IMG/VR virus record: IMGVR_UViG_3300031151_000426
Source: a virus
Lineage: Duplodnaviria; Caudoviricetes
Strand: one strand, 5' to 3'
Length of the DNA stretch: 64,000 bases
Numbering within the stretch: the stretch's first letter is position 1; each line of letters opens with the position of its first letter. The position numbers and the translations under genes were made by a program. Shown here one piece after another: positions 43,360-51,810 of this stretch. The notes under the pieces were generated by a model. It was given only the letters and a program-made list of their open reading frames with translations. It searched no databases and had not been told where the DNA came from.

Positions 43360-44514
43360 ATGAATGTTTTTGTTGAATATGCGATTTTGTTTACTTTCTT
43401 AATAGGGTGCGGATTAATATTTTCCTTACCTAAGTTTGGTTTTGTGGATGACAAAGAAATTTCCAATACAAATCATAACACCCCAATGGATGCATTAAGA
43501 TTTTTTCTTGCGTCTTTTGTATTCATCAGTCATGAGATAGGTTTCTTTTATTATTTTACTGATGGTAAATTCACACATCCATTTGTTGGCATTAGTATGC
43601 TTTCGCATGTTGGTGTGGCTTTATTTTTCTCTATTACAGGGTATCTATTCTGGGGTAAAATTAAGCGAGGCAGTGTAAATTGGATTTCTTTGTATAAAGG
43701 GAGATTCTTTAGAATAGTTCCTTTAGTATGGTTTAATTCATTACTTATTATTTTAGTTGTTTGCTTTCTCTCTAGAGAAATGCCAAGCATGAATGCATTA
43801 CACTGGTTTGACTTTATAAATAATCACCGCCCTGATTTTACATCATATAAAGAAACATTTATGTTCACGGCTGGTGTATTTTGGACTCTTGCTTTTGAGT
43901 GGGGTTTTTACATAGCTCTTCCTGCCTTATCGTTGATTGTAAAAAGATCTTTTGAATTCAGCATGTTCTTTGTGTTCGTTCTCGTTTACGCTTCTCCTTA
44001 CATAACATTAAAAATTCCTTTTAACTTTTTTTTGTTTTTTGCTATAGGAATGCTTGCGTCAGACGTTGCGGAAAAAATTAATTTACAACAAAAACACTTT
44101 AATTTCATATTCATTTCCTCTCTGATTGCTTTGTTATTTTGCGATGACAGGATTTACCGAGTTGACTCTTTCTCGAATGTTCTTTTGTTTTTAATCATAC
44201 TTAGCGTAGCTAAAGGGGCAGATTTATTTGGATTGCTTAGCATAAGAGGATTCAGGCGGTTGGGTGTCGCAAGTTATAGCATATATGTAATGCATGCTTT
44301 CGTTATAATGTGTGCGTTCAAGCTATTCAACTCGCTAGGTATCTTAAAAAACAATCCAATTACAATAATGCTATCTCTAAGTATTTCCGTACTGTATATT
44401 TCATTAATAACATACCATTTAATTGAGAAAAGATTCATGACCCTTGGTCGAGGGGTTAAATTTAACGCACCCGCACTTACAGATAAAAATGCTAACCAAA
44501 TAGAAAAACCATAA
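43360..44514 (+). CDS. Acyltransferase family 3 (OafA/Oac-like O-antigen acetylase)
   Basis: MDALRFF...SH, GVALFFSITGYL, RFFRI.P, FWTLAFEWGFY, LGVASYSIYVMH, YHLIEK; multi-TM; very AT-rich. Confidence 0.9.
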   Translation: MNVFVEYAILFTFLIGCGLIFSLPKFGFVDDKEISNTNHNTPMDALRFFLASFVFISHEIGFFYYFTDGKFTHPFVGISMLSHVGVALFFSITGYLFWGKIKRGSVNWISLYKGRFFRIVPLVWFNSLLIILVVCFLSREMPSMNALHWFDFINNHRPDFTSYKETFMFTAGVFWTLAFEWGFYIALPALSLIVKRSFEFSMFFVFVLVYASPYITLKIPFNFFLFFAIGMLASDVAEKINLQQKHFNFIFISSLIALLFCDDRIYRVDSFSNVLLFLIILSVAKGADLFGLLSIRGFRRLGVASYSIYVMHAFVIMCAFKLFNSLGILKNNPITIMLSLSISVLYISLITYHLIEKRFMTLGRGVKFNAPALTDKNANQIEKP

Positions 44515-44556
44515 AAAGAGGGGGGGGAGCCCCTCTTTCATTTTTTGATAAATATA

Positions 44557-44958
44557 TTAAGTGGCAGGAATTTCGGGCCATGTAATATCTGGCGCAGTTG
44601 ATGTATCAACAGCCTCCAGTGCATCCATATAGTCCAGCCATTCATTAAATGACTGCTTATCCTCATCAGACAGGCGTCCAAGTGCCAATTTCGAAGGCCA
44701 CTGGTTGCTATCGATATAGCTATTGGCATCATTGATTAATGACTGCTTTTGGTTTTCTGCCTGCTCAACAAGCTCTTCATGCGTAGGTTCTGGCTCAGGC
44801 GGAGCTTTAAACTCTTTGCCGTCATAACTCCAGCCGATACCAACGCCGAGCCCATCAATGTTTACAGTCTCATACCCTTCAAAAATATTTCCCTCGCCAT
44901 CCCACACGACAGTATTTACGACCTGCCCGTCCTTAATCAGTGCATAAATAGACATCAT
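44557..44958 (-). CDS. Tail fibre assembly protein
   Basis: YALIKDGQVVNTVVWDG, GIGWSYDG, WLDYMDALEAVD...ITWPEIP. Confidence 0.85.
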   Translation of the reverse strand: MMSIYALIKDGQVVNTVVWDGEGNIFEGYETVNIDGLGVGIGWSYDGKEFKAPPEPEPTHEELVEQAENQKQSLINDANSYIDSNQWPSKLALGRLSDEDKQSFNEWLDYMDALEAVDTSTAPDITWPEIPAT

Positions 44959-45911
44959 GCATACTCCTCAATAATGACAATACCCGAAGAACCCGCTCCA
45001 CCAGCCACTGCCGTGGTGCCATTCACGTATGTGGTTGCCGCGCCTGCGCCCCCGGCACCATACCCTGTTCCGGCACCCGGCACGGAATTGATTACGAGAG
45101 CGTGTCCACCTCCACCGAGCACAGAATTACCTCCGCGACCGCCTTTTGCGGATGAGGATGTTGTCGTTCCACCAGCCGTACCCGTTGCAAAGGACATTTG
45201 CCCCCAACCACCCTCTCCAGGAACATTCAGCAGGACGCTGGAGCCGCTACAGTCACCTGTTTGATTTAAATCAGGCACCAGACTGAAAGTGGCTGTTCCC
45301 GATGCGCCATATTTTCCCCCATCTCCACCAGGCGCGGAAATAAATGTACCGAATGATGATGCTCCACCGGATGTACCGTTCCCGCCAGCTGAACTGGTGC
45401 CAGCTGATCCAACGGTAACCGCAACTGAAGATAAAGAACTGACATCAATCAGGCCCGTTTCACCATAAGTTCCCGCAGAGCCGCCATGACCCGCGGCTAA
45501 TGTCCCGGATGAGGTAGAGGCGGCAGCACCACCACCAGCCCCGCCTCCACCAACGATGCGAACCCTGATTTTCTTCGTGCCCGCTGTTGGTGTATACGTT
45601 CCACTCGCAGTGAAAGTACGAACGTTCAGCAGACGACCATTTGTATTGGCTTTCAGGGCATTGAGAAAATTGGTCAGAACTACGGATGTGTTTCCGTTAT
45701 CAAGAACGTCCTGGCCGGTACTGTCTGCGATGAATTGTCCGATAACGCTTGCCATCACCGTTCCCTGGCGAAGGGCTTTATTCACCTGCGCACTCGCAGC
45801 TTTACCGGACTGAAATCCTGTAAGTAGTGCGGTTAAGGCTTCCCAGTCTGCTTGCGACATGACGTTTGCGCCCGCGCCTGTAGCGAAAGGTTTGAAGTTA
45901 TTTGTTGCCAT
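44955..45911 (-). CDS. Tail fibre protein, Gly-rich
   Basis: MATNNFKPFA...SAQVNKALRQ N-terminus; FTASGTYTP...GGGGAGG...GIVIIEEY domain. Confidence 0.85.
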   Translation of the reverse strand: MATNNFKPFATGAGANVMSQADWEALTALLTGFQSGKAASAQVNKALRQGTVMASVIGQFIADSTGQDVLDNGNTSVVLTNFLNALKANTNGRLLNVRTFTASGTYTPTAGTKKIRVRIVGGGGAGGGAAASTSSGTLAAGHGGSAGTYGETGLIDVSSLSSVAVTVGSAGTSSAGGNGTSGGASSFGTFISAPGGDGGKYGASGTATFSLVPDLNQTGDCSGSSVLLNVPGEGGWGQMSFATGTAGGTTTSSSAKGGRGGNSVLGGGGHALVINSVPGAGTGYGAGGAGAATTYVNGTTAVAGGAGSSGIVIIEEYA

Positions 45912-46591
45912 TAAAGTAGTTTCCCCCATGCTCCTACATCGAACCCGCCGATGTATTCATTGTCCAAATCAAACCCAAAGAATTTAGAGCCCTCGGATGG
46001 TGTTTCTATCGAAGGCGTTTCAACATCACCGGCCCAGACGCCAGCAGCTTTTACAGTCAGGTAGCCCTGTTTGATAGCGGCGATCAGTTCGAGAGACACA
46101 TCAGAAATATCAGTCCCGGGAAAAACCCAGACCGAAATCGTCATGTCCTGGTTGTCGACGATCTGCATCTTCAGGCCAGAGCCTGCAGTCGCAGCGTCAA
46201 GAATGGGCGGCAGGGAATCGTTGCGGCCGTCCCAGTTGTTGATAGCGATTTTTGCTTTCAGAATGATTCGGTAGGTGTCATCACTCAGCGAGGTATAACC
46301 GGAATCAGGGTCATACGGCCCTTGCCACACACCCTGGTCATATCCAAGCCCGTCGGTGTCCCAACTGAAATAAACACCTGTAATCGGCTGGCTGATTATG
46401 CGGCTACGTCCGATCCAGAGCCCGAGGATATCAAGCTGAACGCCTACAGCTGTGTCGATGTCAAACGCGCTAACCAGCCCCCGAGTGGCTGATGTGATGT
46501 CAATCAGCGGCCGGGTGCTCAGGTCGATGTGATCAAAGTATTTCGGTCTGGTGGCGTGGTAGTTAGTGATTAAGTCTGTGTACTTGCTCAT
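45911..46591 (-). CDS. Baseplate protein (DUF2612-like)
   Basis: FDIDTAVGVQLDILGLWIG and LSDDTYRIILKAKI. Confidence 0.82.
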   Translation of the reverse strand: MSKYTDLITNYHATRPKYFDHIDLSTRPLIDITSATRGLVSAFDIDTAVGVQLDILGLWIGRSRIISQPITGVYFSWDTDGLGYDQGVWQGPYDPDSGYTSLSDDTYRIILKAKIAINNWDGRNDSLPPILDAATAGSGLKMQIVDNQDMTISVWVFPGTDISDVSLELIAAIKQGYLTVKAAGVWAGDVETPSIETPSEGSKFFGFDLDNEYIGGFDVGAWGKLL

Positions 46592-47787
46592 GACGTCACC
46601 GTTAGAACAATGTTTTCGGGCTTACATGACGCTGATTCGTTGTAGGCAATATTGATATTCGCCGCCGCTACAGTTCCCGCAGATTTTCCAATCAGCAGCT
46701 CCTGAATGTCGTAATAGCGTGCACTGCCACCACTCACCACGCCGAGGTTCGCCGGGGAGTAAATGCGGCTCAGCAGAACAGAATCACCGATCGTCAGCCC
46801 GTTGATGTAATCCGCGACGGCCTGCTGAATCTGCACGCCAATTTGCGACGTGTAGCCCGTAAAGGCTTTGAGTGTGATATGCCCGTAAATCGGAACATCC
46901 GTTGACCGTGAGAAGCGAATCACATGGGGATTCCCGTATTTGTCGGGTACCGTGACGGCTGTTGTCCCATACGTTGATACTCCCTGCCCCTTATTACCCC
47001 GGATGGCCTGGGCGATTTCAGTCAGATCACCGCCATCGACGATGGCGGAAATAGAGTGGTCCGGTAAGCCGTTGCTATCAGTCGCTCCTGTATCGTTTTC
47101 GTAGAGCTTGTGACGTGTCACGCCTGCAACGTTGGCGATCGCACCATCGACGCCTTCAAACGGAGTGATAGAGGGTAGCGCTACGCTCTGCCCCTGCCTG
47201 ATGCGCAGCTCTGCGTCGGTTTCAGCCGGTGCGCCAACGGTGGCCGCCGCTGGATTGGTCACAGATGTCCAGCCACGGGTCGGGGTGTTGATAGTTGTGA
47301 TAGTTCCAGCCAGCGCGGCAACTGCCCCACTGTTGGAACAGGTGGCCGTTACCGTCACCGTACCGTCGACACCAATAACCACCGAGGCAGGAAGACGCCA
47401 GATCACGTTATTGGTGTCTTTCACGGTACCGTTCGTGATAGTTGTCCCTGCGGTGCCGGTGAGCAGCAAATCCACGGTGGAGTTCGTCGCCCCTTTGCGC
47501 GCGATACCGTTAATTTTCACGTTACTGGTCAGCGCTGCGCCGTAACCCGTAGCAGGTGAGAAGCAGTTGTAAACAGTAATGGCCGTGTTATTGGCATCGT
47601 GAATAGCCAGCGCCACCAGCGCCACCATCTGGCCGTCTTTGCTGTCCGGCTCCAGATAAGCGTCACTGCCATAAATCTGCTGAAAATAGCTCGTCAGGGT
47701 ATCGATTATCGTCTGGTAATCAGGCGCGCTGATCCCCTCAGCGGTTACCGTTGCCGATAAGCCGAGTGTGTCCAAATTGAGGGCCAT
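46588..47787 (-). CDS. Baseplate J/gp47-family protein
   Basis: VTNPAAATVG...ETDAELRIR; VAGV; 399 aa. Confidence 0.9.
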   Translation of the reverse strand: MALNLDTLGLSATVTAEGISAPDYQTIIDTLTSYFQQIYGSDAYLEPDSKDGQMVALVALAIHDANNTAITVYNCFSPATGYGAALTSNVKINGIARKGATNSTVDLLLTGTAGTTITNGTVKDTNNVIWRLPASVVIGVDGTVTVTATCSNSGAVAALAGTITTINTPTRGWTSVTNPAAATVGAPAETDAELRIRQGQSVALPSITPFEGVDGAIANVAGVTRHKLYENDTGATDSNGLPDHSISAIVDGGDLTEIAQAIRGNKGQGVSTYGTTAVTVPDKYGNPHVIRFSRSTDVPIYGHITLKAFTGYTSQIGVQIQQAVADYINGLTIGDSVLLSRIYSPANLGVVSGGSARYYDIQELLIGKSAGTVAAANINIAYNESASCKPENIVLTVTS

Positions 47788-48141
47788 TTATGCCTCGCTG
47801 GTTACTGTCGTTGTTCCGTAGATAGTGTCGATCTCAGCGAAGAACTGGACGCGGCGCGTCGTCGTGTTCACTGTCGTATTGAAAGAGAGAATGGATTTAA
47901 CGCCCCGCATTTCGAGGATGCGCTTACGGATCGCCAGGTTGTAGGTTTCCGGCTTCTGCTTACCGAGTACGGACTGAATCCACGGTGTCCCCTCTGTGGT
48001 GTCGAGAAACCACTGCCCATACCACAATTCGAATCGCGTTTTCACAGCCTGCGCCACGGCCTCCGGTGAGTTAATCAGCCAGGTATCATCGCCGCTGCCA
48101 AAGGTGTAATCACCGTCGGCGTCTTCACGTCTGTATCGCAT
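47788..48141 (-). CDS. Baseplate wedge (W/gp46-like)
   Basis: AVAQAVKTRF...GQWFLD...G.PW; IDTIYG. Confidence 0.75.
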   Translation of the reverse strand: MRYRREDADGDYTFGSGDDTWLINSPEAVAQAVKTRFELWYGQWFLDTTEGTPWIQSVLGKQKPETYNLAIRKRILEMRGVKSILSFNTTVNTTTRRVQFFAEIDTIYGTTTVTSEA

Positions 48142-48896
48142 CAGTTAGGCGCTCCTGTGTTACCGCCGCCGGTCTGTACTCCGCCGTGCGTATGAGTCAT
48201 CAGGCTCTTACCTCCAGCTTTTACATCGTTAGTCACCGTGACAGGGCCGAGCATCGTCGCGGTACCGCCACTTTCACCCATCCCCTGAGAGAGATTCCCG
48301 TTTATTGTCACGTTGCCGTTTAGCGTGATGGTGGGTGATGTGATCGTGGTACCTCCTTCTGCTGTCGCCGTCAGCGCGCCGGGGGTTTTAACCGTGATGT
48401 TATGGCCTGTGGCCACTTCCACAAATGCAGCGCCATCATCAGTACGCAGCTGCGCGCCACTGGTGCTTATTCCGCTTATTTTCTGCGCCTGAGACTGCGG
48501 CCCGACGATACAGAACGCATCCGATAAATCATGCACCCGGTCGTCGACAGGCTCCTGCACCCCGCCGTTCTGCCACCAGAAATCGATGCAGCGATCGGCG
48601 AAAATCACCAAGCATTCATCGCCGGCTTTCACCGGGAAAGTTAACGTGCAGCCGCCGCCGCGCGGAAATATCACAGGCACATCCACCAGCAGCGGGTAAT
48701 TTTTGGTAATGCGGTTGCCGTCGTTATCCATTTCAACCGAACGGATAGCAGGCTGCACAACCGCCGTCACCGCGCCGGGATCGAATGACTGAACAATGCC
48801 AGGCAACGCGACTCGTAGCTGGTTCTTTGTTGTGTCCCGCTCAGATTTAAAGGTTTCGGCAAGGTCGCCGCTGCGGGTCTGGTCAGATACTGCCAT
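48141..48896 (-). CDS. Baseplate spike (gp138/gpV-like)
   Basis: DVPV.FP, GDECLVIFADRCID, C-terminal HTHGGV. Confidence 0.85.
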   Translation of the reverse strand: MAVSDQTRSGDLAETFKSERDTTKNQLRVALPGIVQSFDPGAVTAVVQPAIRSVEMDNDGNRITKNYPLLVDVPVIFPRGGGCTLTFPVKAGDECLVIFADRCIDFWWQNGGVQEPVDDRVHDLSDAFCIVGPQSQAQKISGISTSGAQLRTDDGAAFVEVATGHNITVKTPGALTATAEGGTTITSPTITLNGNVTINGNLSQGMGESGGTATMLGPVTVTNDVKAGGKSLMTHTHGGVQTGGGNTGAPN

Positions 48897-48915
48897 TTGG
48901 TAGGCTCCAGAAAGC

Positions 48916-48938
48916 AAAAAACCCGCCGGATGGCGGGT
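48916..48938 (-). terminator. Intrinsic terminator
   Basis: Minus strand ACCCGC-CATCCG-GCGGGT-TTTTT. Confidence 0.65.
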
Positions 48939-49118
48939 TACTGATCAAATATCAGGATATAAATTATCAGGTGTTGGTGTTACACCTTTTTCGGCTCATC
49001 TTGATGGCAATAGTCTTTAAGAACGATTTTTGCCTCTCCATAAAAGACCAAAGCCAACAAAGTTCCAGCCAGTGACCATATAGCATTAATTCTTTTCCGG
49101 AAGGAGCCGCCAAAGGTT

Positions 49119-49484
49119 ATGACTAAATCAGTTTTCAAAGTACGCCTCTCAAAATCCATAGGGGAAGAATTGATCCCTTACATCGAGGATGTTATCCCCG
49201 CTGAAGCCCGGAAAATGGGTGTAAGGGCGCGGGTAGGTGATTCAGCACCGTCTGCATCATCACCCGCATCGGTGATACTCGGGTATATTTTTGAATTTAT
49301 TCAAAACAAAGATGTTTGCTACAGCGTTGCTGCTGTTGTTGCTGCATGGATTCGAGCAAAACACAGCAAGAAGATAATTATCAAAAAAGGTGGCTACAAA
49401 ATAGAAGCAAGCAACCTCACTGATGAACAACTTTTTAAGCTATTCAGTGAGGCTAAAGAAGAAATTGAGATCAAAAAGGAATGA
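49119..49484 (+). CDS. Antisense moron, hypothetical protein
   Basis: 121 aa; opposite to the tail operon; VAAWIRAKHSKKIIIKKGGYKIEA motif. Confidence 0.65.
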   Translation: MTKSVFKVRLSKSIGEELIPYIEDVIPAEARKMGVRARVGDSAPSASSPASVILGYIFEFIQNKDVCYSVAAVVAAWIRAKHSKKIIIKKGGYKIEASNLTDEQLFKLFSEAKEEIEIKKE

Positions 49485-49503
49485 TTAAACTAAGTGCCTG
49501 CCT

Positions 49504-49851
49504 TCAACCAGGCACTTTCTTACACGGGAAAGATCCGATGATTCTCGGCGCGTCCATGCTGTTCTGCAGCAGCTGGACGTTCAGGAAACGGGTTTCGGTA
49601 CCAGGGCGATGGATATACTCAAACCCATAGTTGTTGCCATCTTTAGCAGGCATCAGTCCCATTTTGATTTGCATGCCTGTACCGTCTTTGCCCAGCATCT
49701 TAACTTTTTGGGATGTTACGGTTTCGCCATTGATTTTAAACAATGAGTCAGGGATCGCGTCCATACGAAAATTACCACATTGCATCGTTATGGTCTTTGC
49801 ACTTGCGCCAACAGACGCTAACACCAGTAATGAAAAAATCCATCGTTTCAT
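49504..49851 (-). CDS. Secreted/periplasmic protein in the baseplate operon
   Basis: Signal peptide MKRWIFSLLVLASVGASA; paired Cys. Confidence 0.7.
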   Translation of the reverse strand: MKRWIFSLLVLASVGASAKTITMQCGNFRMDAIPDSLFKINGETVTSQKVKMLGKDGTGMQIKMGLMPAKDGNNYGFEYIHRPGTETRFLNVQLLQNSMDAPRIIGSFPCKKVPG

Positions 49852-49853
49852 TT

Positions 49854-50918
49854 CTATAAACCCCTCTGCAATGCGGTGCTCGATGGCATATCCTGCGCGC
49901 CACGCGCTTCGCACATCATATCCATGTACCACGCCTGGCCCCTTGTGTCGCCAGTGTACATAATCCCGCGCACAATATAAACGCCATCCGTTGCGATGCT
50001 TGCAGGCTGCGCCGTGGTGCCGCTGAGCGTGATATTTCCGTCCGTGTTCTGGTCGGTGATGCGGCCACCAGCCATCGCGATATCATTGTTCGACAGCGCG
50101 GTGCGGAATACCGAAGCCTGATCCAGCTGAATGAGCCCGTTAACCCGGATGTTCGGGTTAATCAGTGCGCGGACGTTTACGCCGTTGCCGATAGTCTGCT
50201 GCGGCATACCGATAAGCCCGGTGGCGCTGTTGAGCACAATCGCGTCGTGAACATACTCGTTATTCGCCACCATCTGCCGCTGGCCGTCCACGAACTGCCA
50301 TGTTGCACCGCATTGTCCGGCCACGTTGTCCATAAGATGCCGTGTCATGCCGAACAGCACCCGGCCACGGGGAAACACGGTAGCAGGCATTTCAGGCGTC
50401 AGGCCTTCGGTCGCGCCTTTGGCCTCGAAGTCTTTCATCAGCGCGCGGTTCACGTCTGCGACCGTGTAACCGGCTGCCAGCGTCTGCGAGGTTATGCTGG
50501 TGGCAAACGCCAGATCCGTATCGGCTGCCTGAATCAGGACGTAGGAATCAATGGGGCTGTCTTTTCCTGTGACCGAGTAGCGAATTTCACCGCTGAAAAT
50601 CAGTCCGTAGTTCCGGCCATCACTCTGGCCCACGTCCGCCGCGTCGACTTCGCGCACGGTCCCGACATCGCTTGCCGACACCTCCGGCGCGATTCCGTCG
50701 TAACCGGCAATTAGCCGCACCTTAGAAAACTCCTGCCCGGTGATGCGGTTCACCGTATCAGCTGACAGGTTGTAAATTTTGAACGTTCCAACCCGTGACG
50801 CGCTGCTGATGTTGAACCAGTCGATCGTAAAGGTCACTTTAAAATCGCCGAGCTCGATACCCTGCCCGTTCTCGTCCACGAGCTGCAGCTCGAAATGTCT
50901 CATCCAGTTCTGTGACAT
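49854..50918 (-). CDS. Baseplate hub protein
   Basis: IYNLS, LIAGY, IFSGEI, TGLIGMP and GDTRGQAW motifs. Confidence 0.8.
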   Translation of the reverse strand: MSQNWMRHFELQLVDENGQGIELGDFKVTFTIDWFNISSASRVGTFKIYNLSADTVNRITGQEFSKVRLIAGYDGIAPEVSASDVGTVREVDAADVGQSDGRNYGLIFSGEIRYSVTGKDSPIDSYVLIQAADTDLAFATSITSQTLAAGYTVADVNRALMKDFEAKGATEGLTPEMPATVFPRGRVLFGMTRHLMDNVAGQCGATWQFVDGQRQMVANNEYVHDAIVLNSATGLIGMPQQTIGNGVNVRALINPNIRVNGLIQLDQASVFRTALSNNDIAMAGGRITDQNTDGNITLSGTTAQPASIATDGVYIVRGIMYTGDTRGQAWYMDMMCEARGAQDMPSSTALQRGL

Positions 50919-50920
50919 GC

Positions 50921-51223
50921 TTACTCCGTTGATACCAGTAAATGACTGCGACCGCCCAGGTCGGTTTTCGTCGGATAATCCTGTGTACTGTCGTCACAGA
51001 CCAGTACCAGCTTAAAGCCGAGGCCCATATAGCCATACTGCGCCAGCAGGTCAGCCCCCGTTACGAGAGGAATACCAGAGATTACCGGCTCCCCTCTGTC
51101 GTTCTGCAGGTCCATAATCCAGTACAGATCGCGCCAGATGATGCTAATCCGCCAGGTGGTCCCCGCAAGGATGATGCTGAATTGCTGGTTATCCGCTGTC
51201 AGCGGGATTTCCTGAATTGCCAT
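50921..51223 (-). CDS. Small baseplate protein
   Basis: EIPL; GIPLVTGADLLAQY motif. Confidence 0.72.
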   Translation of the reverse strand: MAIQEIPLTADNQQFSIILAGTTWRISIIWRDLYWIMDLQNDRGEPVISGIPLVTGADLLAQYGYMGLGFKLVLVCDDSTQDYPTKTDLGGRSHLLVSTE

Positions 51224-51810
51224 TAGCCGAACCCCAGTAGTGACGCCGCGTTACCCGTGATGCTTTTCAGCAGCGAGGTATTTGGCGGCTTTGTGGTTTT
51301 GTTGCCGGTATTCAGTACCGCCGACGTGCTGGCCCCGTCCTTCATGTTTGTTTTATCCGCAACGGTAATCTGCTGAGTCTGCGAGATAAGAACCTCTCTC
51401 AGAGTGAGGACGGCAGATAATACGTTTTCGGTCGTCTTGTCTGTCGTCACTTCCAGCGCACGGATCAGCATGTTGCTGTACAGCCGCTTACCGGTCACCA
51501 CATCGAAAGGAATTCGGCTCGCCTGCAGGTCGAGTATCTCCTGATACGTCTGCTGGGGACTCAGGCCCAGTAAGCTGGTGGCCGTCAGGTTACTGGCAAA
51601 ATCCAGCAACGCTCCGCCACCAGCGAAACCGACCTCCATCACCACTTCGGACGGCTTTTTGTAGGCATGGTCTGCAATGGCTGCCCCGACCTCGACAGGG
51701 TGCTCGGTTATCTCCAGCGTATCGGTATGCTTCTCAGAAACCACCACGCTGGGGACGATCATCCCGATTTTTCGGGTCTGCTGTTGAAAGAGAGTAGAGA
51801 GAAAATCCAT
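51223..51810 (-). CDS. Dit-like tail/baseplate initiator protein
   Basis: ITEHPVEVGAAIADHAY, VVTGKRLYSNMLI. Confidence 0.78.
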   Translation of the reverse strand: MDFLSTLFQQQTRKIGMIVPSVVVSEKHTDTLEITEHPVEVGAAIADHAYKKPSEVVMEVGFAGGGALLDFASNLTATSLLGLSPQQTYQEILDLQASRIPFDVVTGKRLYSNMLIRALEVTTDKTTENVLSAVLTLREVLISQTQQITVADKTNMKDGASTSAVLNTGNKTTKPPNTSLLKSITGNAASLLGFG

